NCBI GenBank assembly: GCA_963816145.1
Contig: CAWFJP010000014.1
Location: 672,001-736,000, forward strand
DNA: 64,000 nt
Direction: 5' to 3'
Origin: an uncultured delta proteobacterium
GTDB taxonomy: Bacteria; Desulfobacterota; Binatia; UBA9968
Part shown: in pieces, positions 33,243 through 42,989 of the stretch
Position numbering within the stretch: the first letter of the stretch is position 1
Layout: every line of letters starts with the position of its first letter
Notes under the pieces: generated by a model
Database searches by the model: none
What the model saw: the letters and a program-made list of their open reading frames with translations, nothing else
What the model was told of the DNA's origin: nothing
Made by a program: the position numbers and the translations under genes

Positions 33243-33300
33243 TATAACTTACGTCGAACCAGCGAACTAAGGACGGTTCGGTAACAAGAGTGGAATTTTG

Positions 33301-34209
33301 ATGAAGATCGTAATTACCGGTGCTACGGGCATGATCGGTTCGTTGTTGGTCGAGCGGTTAGCGAAGCGGTTCGACACGACTTTGGTATTGTTTAGTCGCA
33401 ATCGCCCGCAGGAAATTCCCGTGGCCAATCGCCAGTGGCTGGCTTGGCAGCCAGGAGCCAACGGCGAGTGGCAGCGGGCCATCGACGGCGCCGATGCGGT
33501 GATCAATCTCGCCGGTGAACCGATTGCCGGCAAGCGCTGGAGCGCCCGGCAGAAGCTCATCCTGCGCTCGAGTCGTATTGAGGCTACGCAGTCCATCGTC
33601 GAAGCGATCGGCAAGGCTAAGGTTAAACCTAAAGCGCTGATCAGCGCGTCGGCGGTGGGTTATTACGGTCCGCATGGGGACGAGCGGTTAAATGAGGATA
33701 GCAAGCCGGGAGACGATTTCCTGTCGTGCTTATGTGTCGATTGGGAAAACGAAGCGACGAAGGCGGAATCGTTGGGCGTGGGAGTAAGCCTGTTGCGCAC
33801 CGGGGTTGTCTTAGCCAAGGGCGCTGGAGCGCTGCAGAAGATGGTTCCGCCATTCAAGATGTTAGCCGGCGGTCCCTTGGGTTCGGGGCAACAGTGGATG
33901 CCGTGGATTCACATTGACGATGAAGTCGGCCTGATCGAGTTCCTGCTCGATCAATCCGATGCCCATGGCGCATTTAACGGTACCGCGCCCAATCCGGTGA
34001 CCATGGCGGAGTTCTCCCGGACCCTGGGCGGCGTGCTCAATCGCCCGTCTTGGCTATCGGTGCCGCCATCGCTGTTGGCGCTGATGGTTGGCGAGATGGC
34101 GGACATGCTTTTGACCGGGCAGCGCGCCACGCCCGACGCGGCGCTCAAACTCGGCTTCCAATTCAAGTATCCAAATCTTATTGACGCCTTATCGGCGTTG
34201 CGGCTATAG
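33301..34209 (+). CDS. TIGR01777/YfcH-family NAD-dependent epimerase-like oxidoreductase
   Basis: TGATGMIG, AVINLAGEPI, SASAVGYYG, GPLGSGQQWMPWIHIDD. Confidence 0.92.
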   Translation: MKIVITGATGMIGSLLVERLAKRFDTTLVLFSRNRPQEIPVANRQWLAWQPGANGEWQRAIDGADAVINLAGEPIAGKRWSARQKLILRSSRIEATQSIVEAIGKAKVKPKALISASAVGYYGPHGDERLNEDSKPGDDFLSCLCVDWENEATKAESLGVGVSLLRTGVVLAKGAGALQKMVPPFKMLAGGPLGSGQQWMPWIHIDDEVGLIEFLLDQSDAHGAFNGTAPNPVTMAEFSRTLGGVLNRPSWLSVPPSLLALMVGEMADMLLTGQRATPDAALKLGFQFKYPNLIDALSALRL

Positions 34210-34292
34210 GATCGCGCTGCTGATTGCCCAGTGGTGGTTTGGGAGTAAGAAAACATTGAAATCTTTACCAACTGAAATCCGATTCTCAAACG

Positions 34293-35178
34293 GTGGAAGA
34301 ATTTTTAGCCGGGAAACAGACTCGCTTCGCCAAGGTGATTTTGAGCGGCGATTCCCTTGGCGCAATGCAAATCGTCGATGAGCTACTCGTCACGCGCCAG
34401 ACCTTAGGCGATATTTATCTGCGCGTGATCGCGCCATCATTGGTGAGTCTCGGCGACTCGTGGTGCCGTGGCGACGCCAGCACCGGTGAAGAGAAGGTGG
34501 CGACGCAAATCGTCCTCGATCAGATGGAACGTTTGCGCGCGCTGTTTATTGTCCCGGGGCCGCGCATCGCCTTACCGAGTGATGGTTGCTTGCGTCGAGG
34601 GGGAGCACCACTTCATCGGCGCTCGCATGACGGCGGATATTTGCGCTAGCCGGGGTTGGAATGTGGATTTTCTCGGTCACAACGTGCCGGACCCCTCGCT
34701 CATCGAGATGGTTGAGCGGCGTCGGCCCCAGGTGTTAGCCCTTTCGGCAACCATGGCCTCTGGACTTGAGCACCTGCGCTCGCTTGCGCAGCTTTTGACT
34801 GAAACGGCGCCGAATGTGCGGATGGTTGTCGGCGGCCAAGCGGTGGACGCCCAAAGCGCTGTCGCGATGAAATTAAACTCGCGTTGGGAGATTGCCAAAG
34901 ATCTCGTCTCCGGTGTCGGTTTGATCAGTGTTTTATTGCGCGCCGATCGGCCCAAGTCCGTGCTCAAAGAGTACCAACTCATACTAGCCCGCCGCGTGCG
35001 CAATTTGCGGACGCAACGGGGTTGGACCCAGGAGCGTTTGGCCGAAGTCACCCAAGTAACACGCGCGTGCATCAACGCGGTCGAAGGCGGCAAGCAAAAC
35101 GTTTCGATGGATATTCTGGTGCGCATGGCCAATGCGTTGGAAGTGGCGCCGGAGAAATTGTTGTCGGCGGAGGGGTAA
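34293..35178 (+). CDS. Cobalamin-binding regulator (CarH-like cap + B12 Rossmann domain) with C-terminal XRE HTH, frameshifted near 34557
   Basis: W-x9-EK cap, ExHxxG (EHHFIG), SxT (SAT), VVGG, then LRTQRGWTQERLAE...INAVEGGKQNVS. Removing one G from gtcccggggc joins the two ORFs. Confidence 0.82.
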
Positions 35179-35200
35179 GTTTGTGAACAGGGGAGACAGC

Positions 35201-36325
35201 ATGAAGTATCAGGGGTTAAGGATGTACAGCCGTTCGGCACCGTCAAAGCGACGGATCGCACCGGCAGCGGACGACAAGCCGGGCCGCCAAACCATTGGCA
35301 GCGGCGCTGAAGCGCCGTTGTTTGCCGATGGCCGGTTGGCGGAGCTTCTCGGCATCGATCACAGCGCCGCCGTGGAATCCACCCTGCGTGACGCCTTGCT
35401 CGACCCAGTGGCGTCGCTCACGGCCAATCCGGGCAAGCGAATCCGGGCGCAACTCGTTGCGATGACCTATCGTTTGTTTCACGATGACCGCGCGGTCTCT
35501 TTGACCGCCGCGAAGCAATGCCGGGACTGCGCGGAGGTGGTTGAACTGATCCACGCCGGCTCCTTGATCGTCGATGATATCGAAGACGGTAGTGCGGTGC
35601 GCCGCGGCCGGCCGGCGCTGCATGTGCAGTATGGAGTTCCATTGGCGCTCAACGCCGGTAACTGGCTTTATTTTTGGCCGTTCGAGTTGCTCAAAGACGC
35701 GGGGCTAAATGCCGATCAATTGGTCTCGGCATACGAGCGCTACAACCGAACGCTTTTGCGCGCTCACTTCGGCCAGGCTCTTGATCTCGGCGCCAAAGTG
35801 GCGCAGCTACCGCGGCAGTCGGTCGCGGAAGTTTGTCTCGCAGGTATGACACTCAAAACCGGTGCTCTGATGGGTTTTGCCGCGGCATTGGGCGGAACCG
35901 TCGCTGGAACCGCCCAACCGGTGCAAACCCTGCTTGAACAATTCGGCGTCGATCTTGGAGTTGCCCTGCAAATGTTCGATGATCTGGGAAACGTCATCGG
36001 CAAATGCGATCCGCAAAAGCGCTACGAAGATTTATCGCTGGCGCGGCCGTCTTGGGTCTGGGCTTGCGCGGCGAACGCCAGCGACGCTTACGCTTACGAA
36101 GAATTTCTTGACGCTGTGGCGAAATTACCGGACGCTGAGCTTTTGGAAGGCTGGATTGGTGCCCACGATCTTGTCCGTAAAACGCGTGCCAGTTCGCGGC
36201 AGCAGCTGGATCGCGCTTATGAACGACTGGAGCAGGGCCTGCGGGTGGCGGGGATCGGCTGGTCAGCCCGGACTTTCGGCGAATTACGCCTGTTGGGCGA
36301 GGAGATTGCGGTGGCTTATGGATAA
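35201..36325 (+). CDS. crtE: Polyprenyl (probably geranylgeranyl) diphosphate synthase
   Basis: GKRIR, IHAGSLIVDDIED..RRG, GQALD, KTG, second motif DDLGN; directly upstream of crtI. Confidence 0.8.
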   Translation: MKYQGLRMYSRSAPSKRRIAPAADDKPGRQTIGSGAEAPLFADGRLAELLGIDHSAAVESTLRDALLDPVASLTANPGKRIRAQLVAMTYRLFHDDRAVSLTAAKQCRDCAEVVELIHAGSLIVDDIEDGSAVRRGRPALHVQYGVPLALNAGNWLYFWPFELLKDAGLNADQLVSAYERYNRTLLRAHFGQALDLGAKVAQLPRQSVAEVCLAGMTLKTGALMGFAAALGGTVAGTAQPVQTLLEQFGVDLGVALQMFDDLGNVIGKCDPQKRYEDLSLARPSWVWACAANASDAYAYEEFLDAVAKLPDAELLEGWIGAHDLVRKTRASSRQQLDRAYERLEQGLRVAGIGWSARTFGELRLLGEEIAVAYG

Positions 36326-37850
36326 GCCTCGCGCTGCGGTCATCGGCAGCGGATTCGGCGGACTCGCCGCGGCGATTCGCCTTCAAGCCGCCGGTTGTGA
36401 CACGGTGATCTTTGAAAAGCGTGATCAGCCGGGGGGGCGCGCTTATGTTTACCGCGATAACGGGTTTACTTTCGACGCCGGACCGACGGTCATCACTGCG
36501 CCCCACTGTCTCGAAGAACTGTTCGCTGTCGCTGGCAAGTCGATGAGCGATTACGTCGAACTGCTGCCGGTCCATCCGTTTTACCGTTTGTTCTGGGATG
36601 ACGGTTACACGTTCGACTACTCGGATGACGATGACGCGCTGGAAAAACAAATTCGCGCCAAATCGCCGGCCGATTGGGCGGGCTACCTGCGTTTCTTGAA
36701 ATACTCGCAAGAAGTATTTCATGAAGGTTACGAAAAGCTGGTTCATGTGCCGTTCTTAAGTCTGGCGAGCATGGCGGCGGTGGCGCCACAGCTGATCCGG
36801 CTCGAAGCTTATAGGTCGGTCTATAGCGTGGTTGCCAAACATATTCGCGATCCGCATCTGCGCCAGATGTTTAGTTTCCATTCGCTCTTGGTCGGCGGCA
36901 ACCCGTTTACGACCACGTCGATTTACACACTGATTCATTGTCTCGAGCGCAAGTGGGGCGTGTTTTTCCCCAAAGGGGGCACCGGCCAGCTCGTATGGGC
37001 CTTGGTGAAGTTGTTTCAAGAACTCGGCGGTGAGATTCGCTTCGATGTTGAGATCGACAAGATCGTCACCCGCGACGGTGCGGTGGCAGGTTTGCAAAGC
37101 AAGAACGGCCGAGAGGAAAAATTCGATCTGGTGGTGAGCAATGCCGATGTGGTCCACACCTATGATCGGCTGCTCAAAGACGAACCGCGCGCGGCTAAGA
37201 CGGCGCGACGGCTTGAGAAGAAGAAATACAGCATGTCGCTGTTTCTTATTTACTTCGGCACCCGGCGAAAATATCCTAACTTGCAGCACCATAACGTCAT
37301 CTTCGGGCCGCGCTACCGCGAACTCCTGGGCGATATTTTCGAACGGGGCAGGCTGGCTGACGATTTTTCGCTTTATCTGCATGCGCCGACCCGCTCGGAC
37401 CCGTCGTTAGCGCCGCCAGACTGTGACGCCTTTTACGTTCTCTCCCCGGTACCGCATCTGGGCAAACTGGCGATCGATTGGCAAGTCGAAGGGCCAGGCT
37501 ACGCGGCAAAGATTCTAAACTATTTGGAACAGCGCTATATGCCCGGTCTGACGGAGTCGATGGTCACGCAAAGAATTTTTACCCCGGCCGATTTTAAAAC
37601 TGAACTCAACGCCCACCTTGGCTCGGCATTTTCCTTGGAACCGCGTCTCATGCAGAGTGCCTATTTTCGGGTGCACAATCGCGACCGCAATATCCGCGGT
37701 CTTTATTTTGTCGGCGCGGGTACGCATCCCGGCGCCGGCATTCCCGGGGTGGTGAATTCCGGCAAGGCGACGGCGAATTTGATTGTCGAAGACCTGAAAT
37801 CACGATTGGTGAGTTCGGTTCTTAAGCCCAAGGAAGTGTCCTATGCCTGA
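36318..37850 (+). CDS. crtI: Phytoene desaturase
   Basis: GSGFGGLAAAIRL, FDAGPTVIT, LYLHAP, VGAGTHPGAGIPGV. Confidence 0.96.
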   Translation: MDKPRAAVIGSGFGGLAAAIRLQAAGCDTVIFEKRDQPGGRAYVYRDNGFTFDAGPTVITAPHCLEELFAVAGKSMSDYVELLPVHPFYRLFWDDGYTFDYSDDDDALEKQIRAKSPADWAGYLRFLKYSQEVFHEGYEKLVHVPFLSLASMAAVAPQLIRLEAYRSVYSVVAKHIRDPHLRQMFSFHSLLVGGNPFTTTSIYTLIHCLERKWGVFFPKGGTGQLVWALVKLFQELGGEIRFDVEIDKIVTRDGAVAGLQSKNGREEKFDLVVSNADVVHTYDRLLKDEPRAAKTARRLEKKKYSMSLFLIYFGTRRKYPNLQHHNVIFGPRYRELLGDIFERGRLADDFSLYLHAPTRSDPSLAPPDCDAFYVLSPVPHLGKLAIDWQVEGPGYAAKILNYLEQRYMPGLTESMVTQRIFTPADFKTELNAHLGSAFSLEPRLMQSAYFRVHNRDRNIRGLYFVGAGTHPGAGIPGVVNSGKATANLIVEDLKSRLVSSVLKPKEVSYA

Positions 37851-38796
37851 CGCGCTTACCCCGGAAGTGCGGGTGGCCCTCGACGAATGCCGCGATATCA
37901 TCAGCAAAGGCTCGAAAAGTTTCTCCCTGGCCGCCAAGCTTTTCGATCCGCAGATTCGCGATGCCGCGGTGTTTCTCTACGGCTGGTGCCGCTACTGCGA
38001 CGACCAGGTGGACGATGCCGGTACATCAGGAGATCGCGCCGAGCTTGAGTCGAGACTCAAAGCGCTCAAAGAAAAAACCACTTCGGCTTTTTCCTTTGAA
38101 CCGCAGCACGAACCGGTATTCATCGCTCTGCAACATATTGTCCACCGCTATGGGATTCCGGCGCATTATGCCGTCGAATTGATCGAAGGCATGGCGATGG
38201 ATGTGCGCGGTACGCGCTACGCGACTTTGCGCGAGCTCCTGCTCTACTGTTACCGGGTTGCCGGCACCGTCGGCCTAATGATGTCCCATGTCATGGGACT
38301 GCGCGACCAAAGCGCGCTGCGCCACGCCGCCGATCTTGGCATCGCCATGCAGCTCACCAACATCGCCCGCGATATTACCGAGGATGCCTTGATGGGGCGC
38401 ATCTACTTGCCGCTGGCCTGGCTCGATGATGCCAAAATCCCTCATGATCAAATCAGCGCGCCGGAGCATCGTGAAAAGTTGGCGATGCTGACGCTACGCC
38501 TGCTCAACGAAGCCGGCCGTTATTATCGCTCCGGCGACACCGGCCTTTGGCATTTGTCGTTTCGTTCGGCCTGCGCGGTGGCGGCGGCGCGTCAGGTCTA
38601 TTCCGAGATCGGAACGTTGCTGGTTAAACGCGGCGCGCGCGCCTGGGACCAGCGCACTTACGTCACCGGCGCGCGCAAGATTTGGGTGGTGTTGCGCGGC
38701 GTTCTCAGCCTGGTGCGCTCAACGCCGGCGCGGCTGTCCCAACCCTGGTCGCCGGACGCTTTGAGAATCGTATGGAAATATTCCAATGTTCAATAA
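37843..38796 (+). CDS. crtB: Phytoene synthase
   Basis: GSKSFSLA, CRYCDDQVD, YCYRVAGTVG, LGIAMQLTNIARDITED..GRIYLP. Confidence 0.96.
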   Translation: MPDALTPEVRVALDECRDIISKGSKSFSLAAKLFDPQIRDAAVFLYGWCRYCDDQVDDAGTSGDRAELESRLKALKEKTTSAFSFEPQHEPVFIALQHIVHRYGIPAHYAVELIEGMAMDVRGTRYATLRELLLYCYRVAGTVGLMMSHVMGLRDQSALRHAADLGIAMQLTNIARDITEDALMGRIYLPLAWLDDAKIPHDQISAPEHREKLAMLTLRLLNEAGRYYRSGDTGLWHLSFRSACAVAAARQVYSEIGTLLVKRGARAWDQRTYVTGARKIWVVLRGVLSLVRSTPARLSQPWSPDALRIVWKYSNVQ

Positions 38797-38899
38797 GCGC
38801 ACAAAGGATTAACCGCGAAGATGCCAAAGTAGACCCATAGGGATCGCTTGGGTCTAGGCAATCTGGAATGGTTGCGGTTCCTTTGGCTCGATGGAGATT

Positions 38900-40177
38900 A
38901 TGGCAAGAAACAATCACTCAGAGCTTCGCCGCGTGGTGGTCACCGGGGTGGGGGTCGTCAGCCCGAACGGAGTTGGCGTTGATGCTTATCAGAATTCATT
39001 GCGCCAAGGCGTGAGCGGGATCGATAGGATTTCGTCTTTTGATCCGAGTCGGCTCTCCTGCCGCGTTGCCGGGGAAGTGAAGGACGTAAAATTAGATGAA
39101 ATGCTCCCGCCGCGCGAGCTCAAACGCACTGGCCGGGCAGTCCATTTGGCGATCGCCGCAAGTCTCGAAGCCCTTGAGCGTGCGGCAGTGTGCCCTGAGG
39201 GCATGAGCCTGGCGGAAAGACAGTCCTGGGGCGTGATCCTTGGTAGCGGTGGCGGAACGGCCGATTTTGTCGAGGAGCAGTATCGTCTTTATTACAGCGA
39301 TCAGTTGCGCAAAATCAGCGCTTACAATGTTTCGAGTTCCACCATCGGCTCGCTGTCGAGCGAGCTGTCGATCCATTTCGGTTTTCATGGCCCGAGCCAT
39401 GTGATTTCGACCGGCTGCACCAGTTCCACCGACGCACTAGGCTACGCGTTTAATCTCATCCGTTTTGGTTTGGCCGATCATTTGGTCGCGGGCGGTGCCG
39501 ATGCGACGATTACGCCCGCGATCATGCAGGGCTTTTGCGTCATGCAAGCGGTTTCGACGGCGCACAATGACGAACCGGCGCGGGCGTCGCGGCCCTTCGA
39601 CCGGAGCCGGGATGGCTTTGTCCTCGGCGAGGGCGCCTGGATATTGATTCTCGAAGAGCGCGCCGCGGCGCTCAGCCGCGGCGCGCCGATCTACGCCGAA
39701 TTGCGCGGTTACGGTTCGACCTGCGATGCTTACCACCGCGTCCGTCTCGAGCCGAGCGGTGAAGAACCGGCCCGGGCGATGAGCTTGGCGATCGAAGATG
39801 CGCGGCTGGCGAAGGACGAAGTCGGTTACGTGGCGCTGCACGGCACGGCAACGGTGTTGAACGACAAAACCGAGACCCGCGCGACCAAGTTATGCTTTGG
39901 CACACACGCCCAAGAGCTGCCGATGAGTTCGGTCAAATCGATGATCGGTCATCCCCAAGGAGCATCTGGCGCTGCGGGCGTCGTCGCAGCGATCTGCGCT
40001 ATGAACGGTGGCTTCTTGCCGCCGACGATCAATCTGGAGGAGTCCGATCCCGAGTGCGATCTCAATTACATCCCCAATCAAAGCATCGCGAAATCGATTG
40101 ATATCGCCCTTTGTAACTGCATCGGTTTCGGTTCGAAGAACTCCGCCATAGTGATCGAGCGTGGAGCGCTGCTATGA
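38900..40177 (+). CDS. Beta-ketoacyl synthase (FabF / type II PKS KSalpha-like)
   Basis: RRVVVTGVG, active site STGCTSS, RPFDRSRDGFVLGEG, HGTAT..ND, KSMIGH, GFGSKN. Confidence 0.88.
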   Translation: MARNNHSELRRVVVTGVGVVSPNGVGVDAYQNSLRQGVSGIDRISSFDPSRLSCRVAGEVKDVKLDEMLPPRELKRTGRAVHLAIAASLEALERAAVCPEGMSLAERQSWGVILGSGGGTADFVEEQYRLYYSDQLRKISAYNVSSSTIGSLSSELSIHFGFHGPSHVISTGCTSSTDALGYAFNLIRFGLADHLVAGGADATITPAIMQGFCVMQAVSTAHNDEPARASRPFDRSRDGFVLGEGAWILILEERAAALSRGAPIYAELRGYGSTCDAYHRVRLEPSGEEPARAMSLAIEDARLAKDEVGYVALHGTATVLNDKTETRATKLCFGTHAQELPMSSVKSMIGHPQGASGAAGVVAAICAMNGGFLPPTINLEESDPECDLNYIPNQSIAKSIDIALCNCIGFGSKNSAIVIERGALL

Positions 40178-40878
40178 AGCGGAGTTACGAAAAAGAGATG
40201 ATGGATATCACCGGCAATGACCCGGCGCTATTGGCGGAGGATTTGCGCAACCTGCGGCTGCTCAACTGCTACCTGAGCGGTTCGCGCAGCGTGATGGTGG
40301 CGCTGTGGCGGGCGCTCGGCCGTGAGCCGCAAAAGTATATCTCTGTACTTGACGTGGGCACGGGTAGCGCCGATATCCCGGCGGCGATTCTTGCCAGGGC
40401 CAAGCGCTGCCATGTCGCCGCGAAGATTGTCGGCATCGAAGCCGACTCGATAACCGCTGGTATTGCGGTCCGTCGGACCCAGCGTCACGTTGAAATCAAT
40501 ATCCTTCAAGGTGACGCCGGCGCGCCGCCGTTTTCGCCCGGCTCCTTCGATTTCGTCGTCGCCTCGCAGTTTCTCCATCACTTCAGCGAAACGAAAATCC
40601 TCGATCTGTTAAAGCAGTGGTCCAAGCTCGCCAGGCACGCCATCATCGTCAGCGATCTGGTGCGCCATCCTTTCGCCTATCATGGCATTCGCTTTTTGAC
40701 CCGGCTGACGACTCGAAATGTTATGACGCTAACGGACGCGCCGCTGTCGGTGCGGCGCGCCTTCACGCTGACAGAATGGCGTGACCTATTGCGCCAGGCC
40801 GACATTGGTCCGGTGGAAATGTTTTCGGTGTTTCCCTTTCGCATGGCTGCTGTGGTTCGGCTCGGAGAGCGGCGATGA
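40174..40878 (+). CDS. Class I SAM-dependent methyltransferase
   Basis: VLDVGTGSAD, FDFVVASQFLHHF, SDLVR, DAPLSVRRAF. Confidence 0.85.
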   Translation: MKRSYEKEMMDITGNDPALLAEDLRNLRLLNCYLSGSRSVMVALWRALGREPQKYISVLDVGTGSADIPAAILARAKRCHVAAKIVGIEADSITAGIAVRRTQRHVEINILQGDAGAPPFSPGSFDFVVASQFLHHFSETKILDLLKQWSKLARHAIIVSDLVRHPFAYHGIRFLTRLTTRNVMTLTDAPLSVRRAFTLTEWRDLLRQADIGPVEMFSVFPFRMAAVVRLGERR

Positions 40879-42038
40879 ACCAATTCGACGTGGCGATTGT
40901 CGGCGCCGGGCCGGCGGGCAGCTCGACGGCGATCACGCTGGCCCAACTCGGTTATCAAGTTGTGCTGCTCGACCGCGCCGTGTTTCCGCGCGATAAATTG
41001 TGCGGTGATTTCTTGAACCCGATTAACTGGCCGGTTCTCGACGATTTGAATGTCGGCCACGACTTGCTTTCTTTGCCGCATACCCAGGTGGATCACTTTC
41101 GTATCAGCGCCGCGGATGGCGCCGAAGCGAACAGTGAACTGCCAGTGCTCGGAGACCGTGAATTTGGACTTGGGATGAGACGTTTTCATTTGGATCACGC
41201 GCTGTTGAAGCAGGCGAAACGCGCCGGTGTGAGCGTCGACGAAGGCGTTAAACTGACGAGCCTTATGAGAGAGTCGTCCGGCTGGCGTTTGGAGATGGAT
41301 TGCGGCGGGAATCGAGTTTCCGTTGGCGCCAAGCTGCTTGTCGGTGCGGACGGGAGAAACTCCTTGGTCGCGCGCCAGCTTGGTGTGGCCTCGGCGCCGC
41401 CCAAACGAACGGCTGCGGTGGGCTTCGAAGTCCAACTCCGTGATGTGCCCGGCGTGCGCGGCAGTGTCGAGATTCATCAGTTTGCCGGTGGTTATGCCGG
41501 ATTGGTGCGAGTCGATGAATCTACGGTTAATTTGGGTTTTTCGGTCCGTCGATCGCGGCTCGGGAAAGCCGTTTCGTTCGAGAGTCTGCGCGAGAATTGT
41601 CTTAGCCTTAATCCGGCCCTCGATGAGCTGCTTCGAAACAGCGAGCCAATCGGCGAGTTGCGCTCGGCATGGCCGGTTTATTTTCCTGCGCGCCGATGCT
41701 ACGGCGACGGTTTTGTCTTGGTCGGAGACGCTGCTCGTGTTACCGAGCCGGTAACCGGTGAAGGGATTTTCTTGGCGCTGAGGAGCGGCCAGCTCGCCGG
41801 CGTGACGATTGCTGCGGCCTTAGCCGAAGATCGCTTGGACGCGCATCGACTCGCCGCCTATGGGCGGGCTTGCCGGGCGGAGTTCGCGGCGCGAATTCGC
41901 CTCAACTCGGTGATTCGCAATTTAATGTACCGTCCGAGATTGCTGTCGTTAGCGCTCAGGTTTGTTGGTCGACGGCAACGGCTCTTGGATTCGTTGGTTA
42001 ATGCGGTGTGCCAGCCCCGCTCCGCCGTGGCGGGATGA
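40875..42038 (+). CDS. FAD-dependent oxidoreductase (geranylgeranyl reductase/monooxygenase-like)
   Basis: GAGPAGS, FPRDKLCG, GADGRNS, VGDAA..TEPVTGEGI. Confidence 0.85.
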   Translation: MNQFDVAIVGAGPAGSSTAITLAQLGYQVVLLDRAVFPRDKLCGDFLNPINWPVLDDLNVGHDLLSLPHTQVDHFRISAADGAEANSELPVLGDREFGLGMRRFHLDHALLKQAKRAGVSVDEGVKLTSLMRESSGWRLEMDCGGNRVSVGAKLLVGADGRNSLVARQLGVASAPPKRTAAVGFEVQLRDVPGVRGSVEIHQFAGGYAGLVRVDESTVNLGFSVRRSRLGKAVSFESLRENCLSLNPALDELLRNSEPIGELRSAWPVYFPARRCYGDGFVLVGDAARVTEPVTGEGIFLALRSGQLAGVTIAAALAEDRLDAHRLAAYGRACRAEFAARIRLNSVIRNLMYRPRLLSLALRFVGRRQRLLDSLVNAVCQPRSAVAG

Positions 42039-42892
42039 GCATGCAATTTTTTTCGGGAGGATCGACAATGCAATTTATGGCATGGGTTTTTCTAGTTCTA
42101 CAGGCGTTGATCGTGGTCGCCAGCCTGCTGGGTTACGGGATTTTTACGGCGCGACCCGATCTTTTGATTCAGGTCGATCCTCAAGCGCGATTTTTTACCT
42201 GGGCGTTTCATGGTTTTGCCGTGGGCAATATGCTTTTCGGCGGACTTGCCGTGGTCGCCGACGCATTTTTCAGAAATCGCCGTGCTGGGTTGCTCGCTTT
42301 CCTTGCGGTCTACATGGTGAGTCTATCGAGCGAACTGATGGGCACCGGGTGGGGCGTGCCGTTCGGGCCGTATTCTTACACGAGTCTTCTCGGTCCCAAG
42401 TGGTTCGATCTCGTGCCGCTCTTGATTCCACTGAGCTGGTTCACCATGGGCTGGGCTTGTTGGACGCTCGCGCGCCAACACCGCTCCGGCGCCGCGGCCG
42501 TCCTCCTGGCGACGGTGTTGCTGGTGTCGTGGGACCTGCTGCTTGATCCGGCAATGAGTAAAGTGACCAGCTATTGGGTGTGGGGTGAAGCGGGGAGTTA
42601 TTACGGTATGCCGTGGATGAATCTTTTCGGTTGGGGTGTGACCGGTTTGGTGCTGTTCCTCATTTTAAATCAAATGGCCGTGCAGCCCGGCACGACGGTG
42701 TCATTTGCCATGGCGGTATACGGTATCAATTTCACGTTACCGTTGGGATTTTGCATTCTCAATCAGTATTGGATTGCCGTCGGCGCTGGTGTCGGCAGCT
42801 TATTACTTGGTCTGTTCGCTTGCGGTCTGCCATGGTCTGCCGGCGAACGAGTCGGTTTTCCAGCGAAAAATGCCGGTCTGCAAAAACTTTAA
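42035..42892 (+). CDS. cruF: Carotenoid 1,2-hydratase CruF (DUF422)
   Basis: Multi-TM protein with SELMGTGWGVPFGPYSY, VPLLIPLSWF, WDLLLDP, YYGMPWMNLFGW. Confidence 0.85.
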   Translation: MSMQFFSGGSTMQFMAWVFLVLQALIVVASLLGYGIFTARPDLLIQVDPQARFFTWAFHGFAVGNMLFGGLAVVADAFFRNRRAGLLAFLAVYMVSLSSELMGTGWGVPFGPYSYTSLLGPKWFDLVPLLIPLSWFTMGWACWTLARQHRSGAAAVLLATVLLVSWDLLLDPAMSKVTSYWVWGEAGSYYGMPWMNLFGWGVTGLVLFLILNQMAVQPGTTVSFAMAVYGINFTLPLGFCILNQYWIAVGAGVGSLLLGLFACGLPWSAGERVGFPAKNAGLQKL

Positions 42893-42989
42893 GCAGGTTC
42901 TCGACAGAAACTGCACCGTGTAGTTTGAAGAGTTGCGCCGCTGGATGGTAAATTATTCACGATCGGGCTGGTGAGAGCGATCTTCTCCA

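Noticed and set aside
35877-36317. 147-aa N-terminal extension of CrtI in the ORF track
   Set aside because: It overlaps crtE. The ATG at 36318 just before the FAD-binding motif is the plausible start.
40875-42038. Flavoprotein as a lycopene cyclase (CrtY/CrtL)
   Set aside because: The FPRDKLCG and EPVTGEGI motifs fit the geranylgeranyl reductase/monooxygenase-like group better. Not excluded without a phylogeny.
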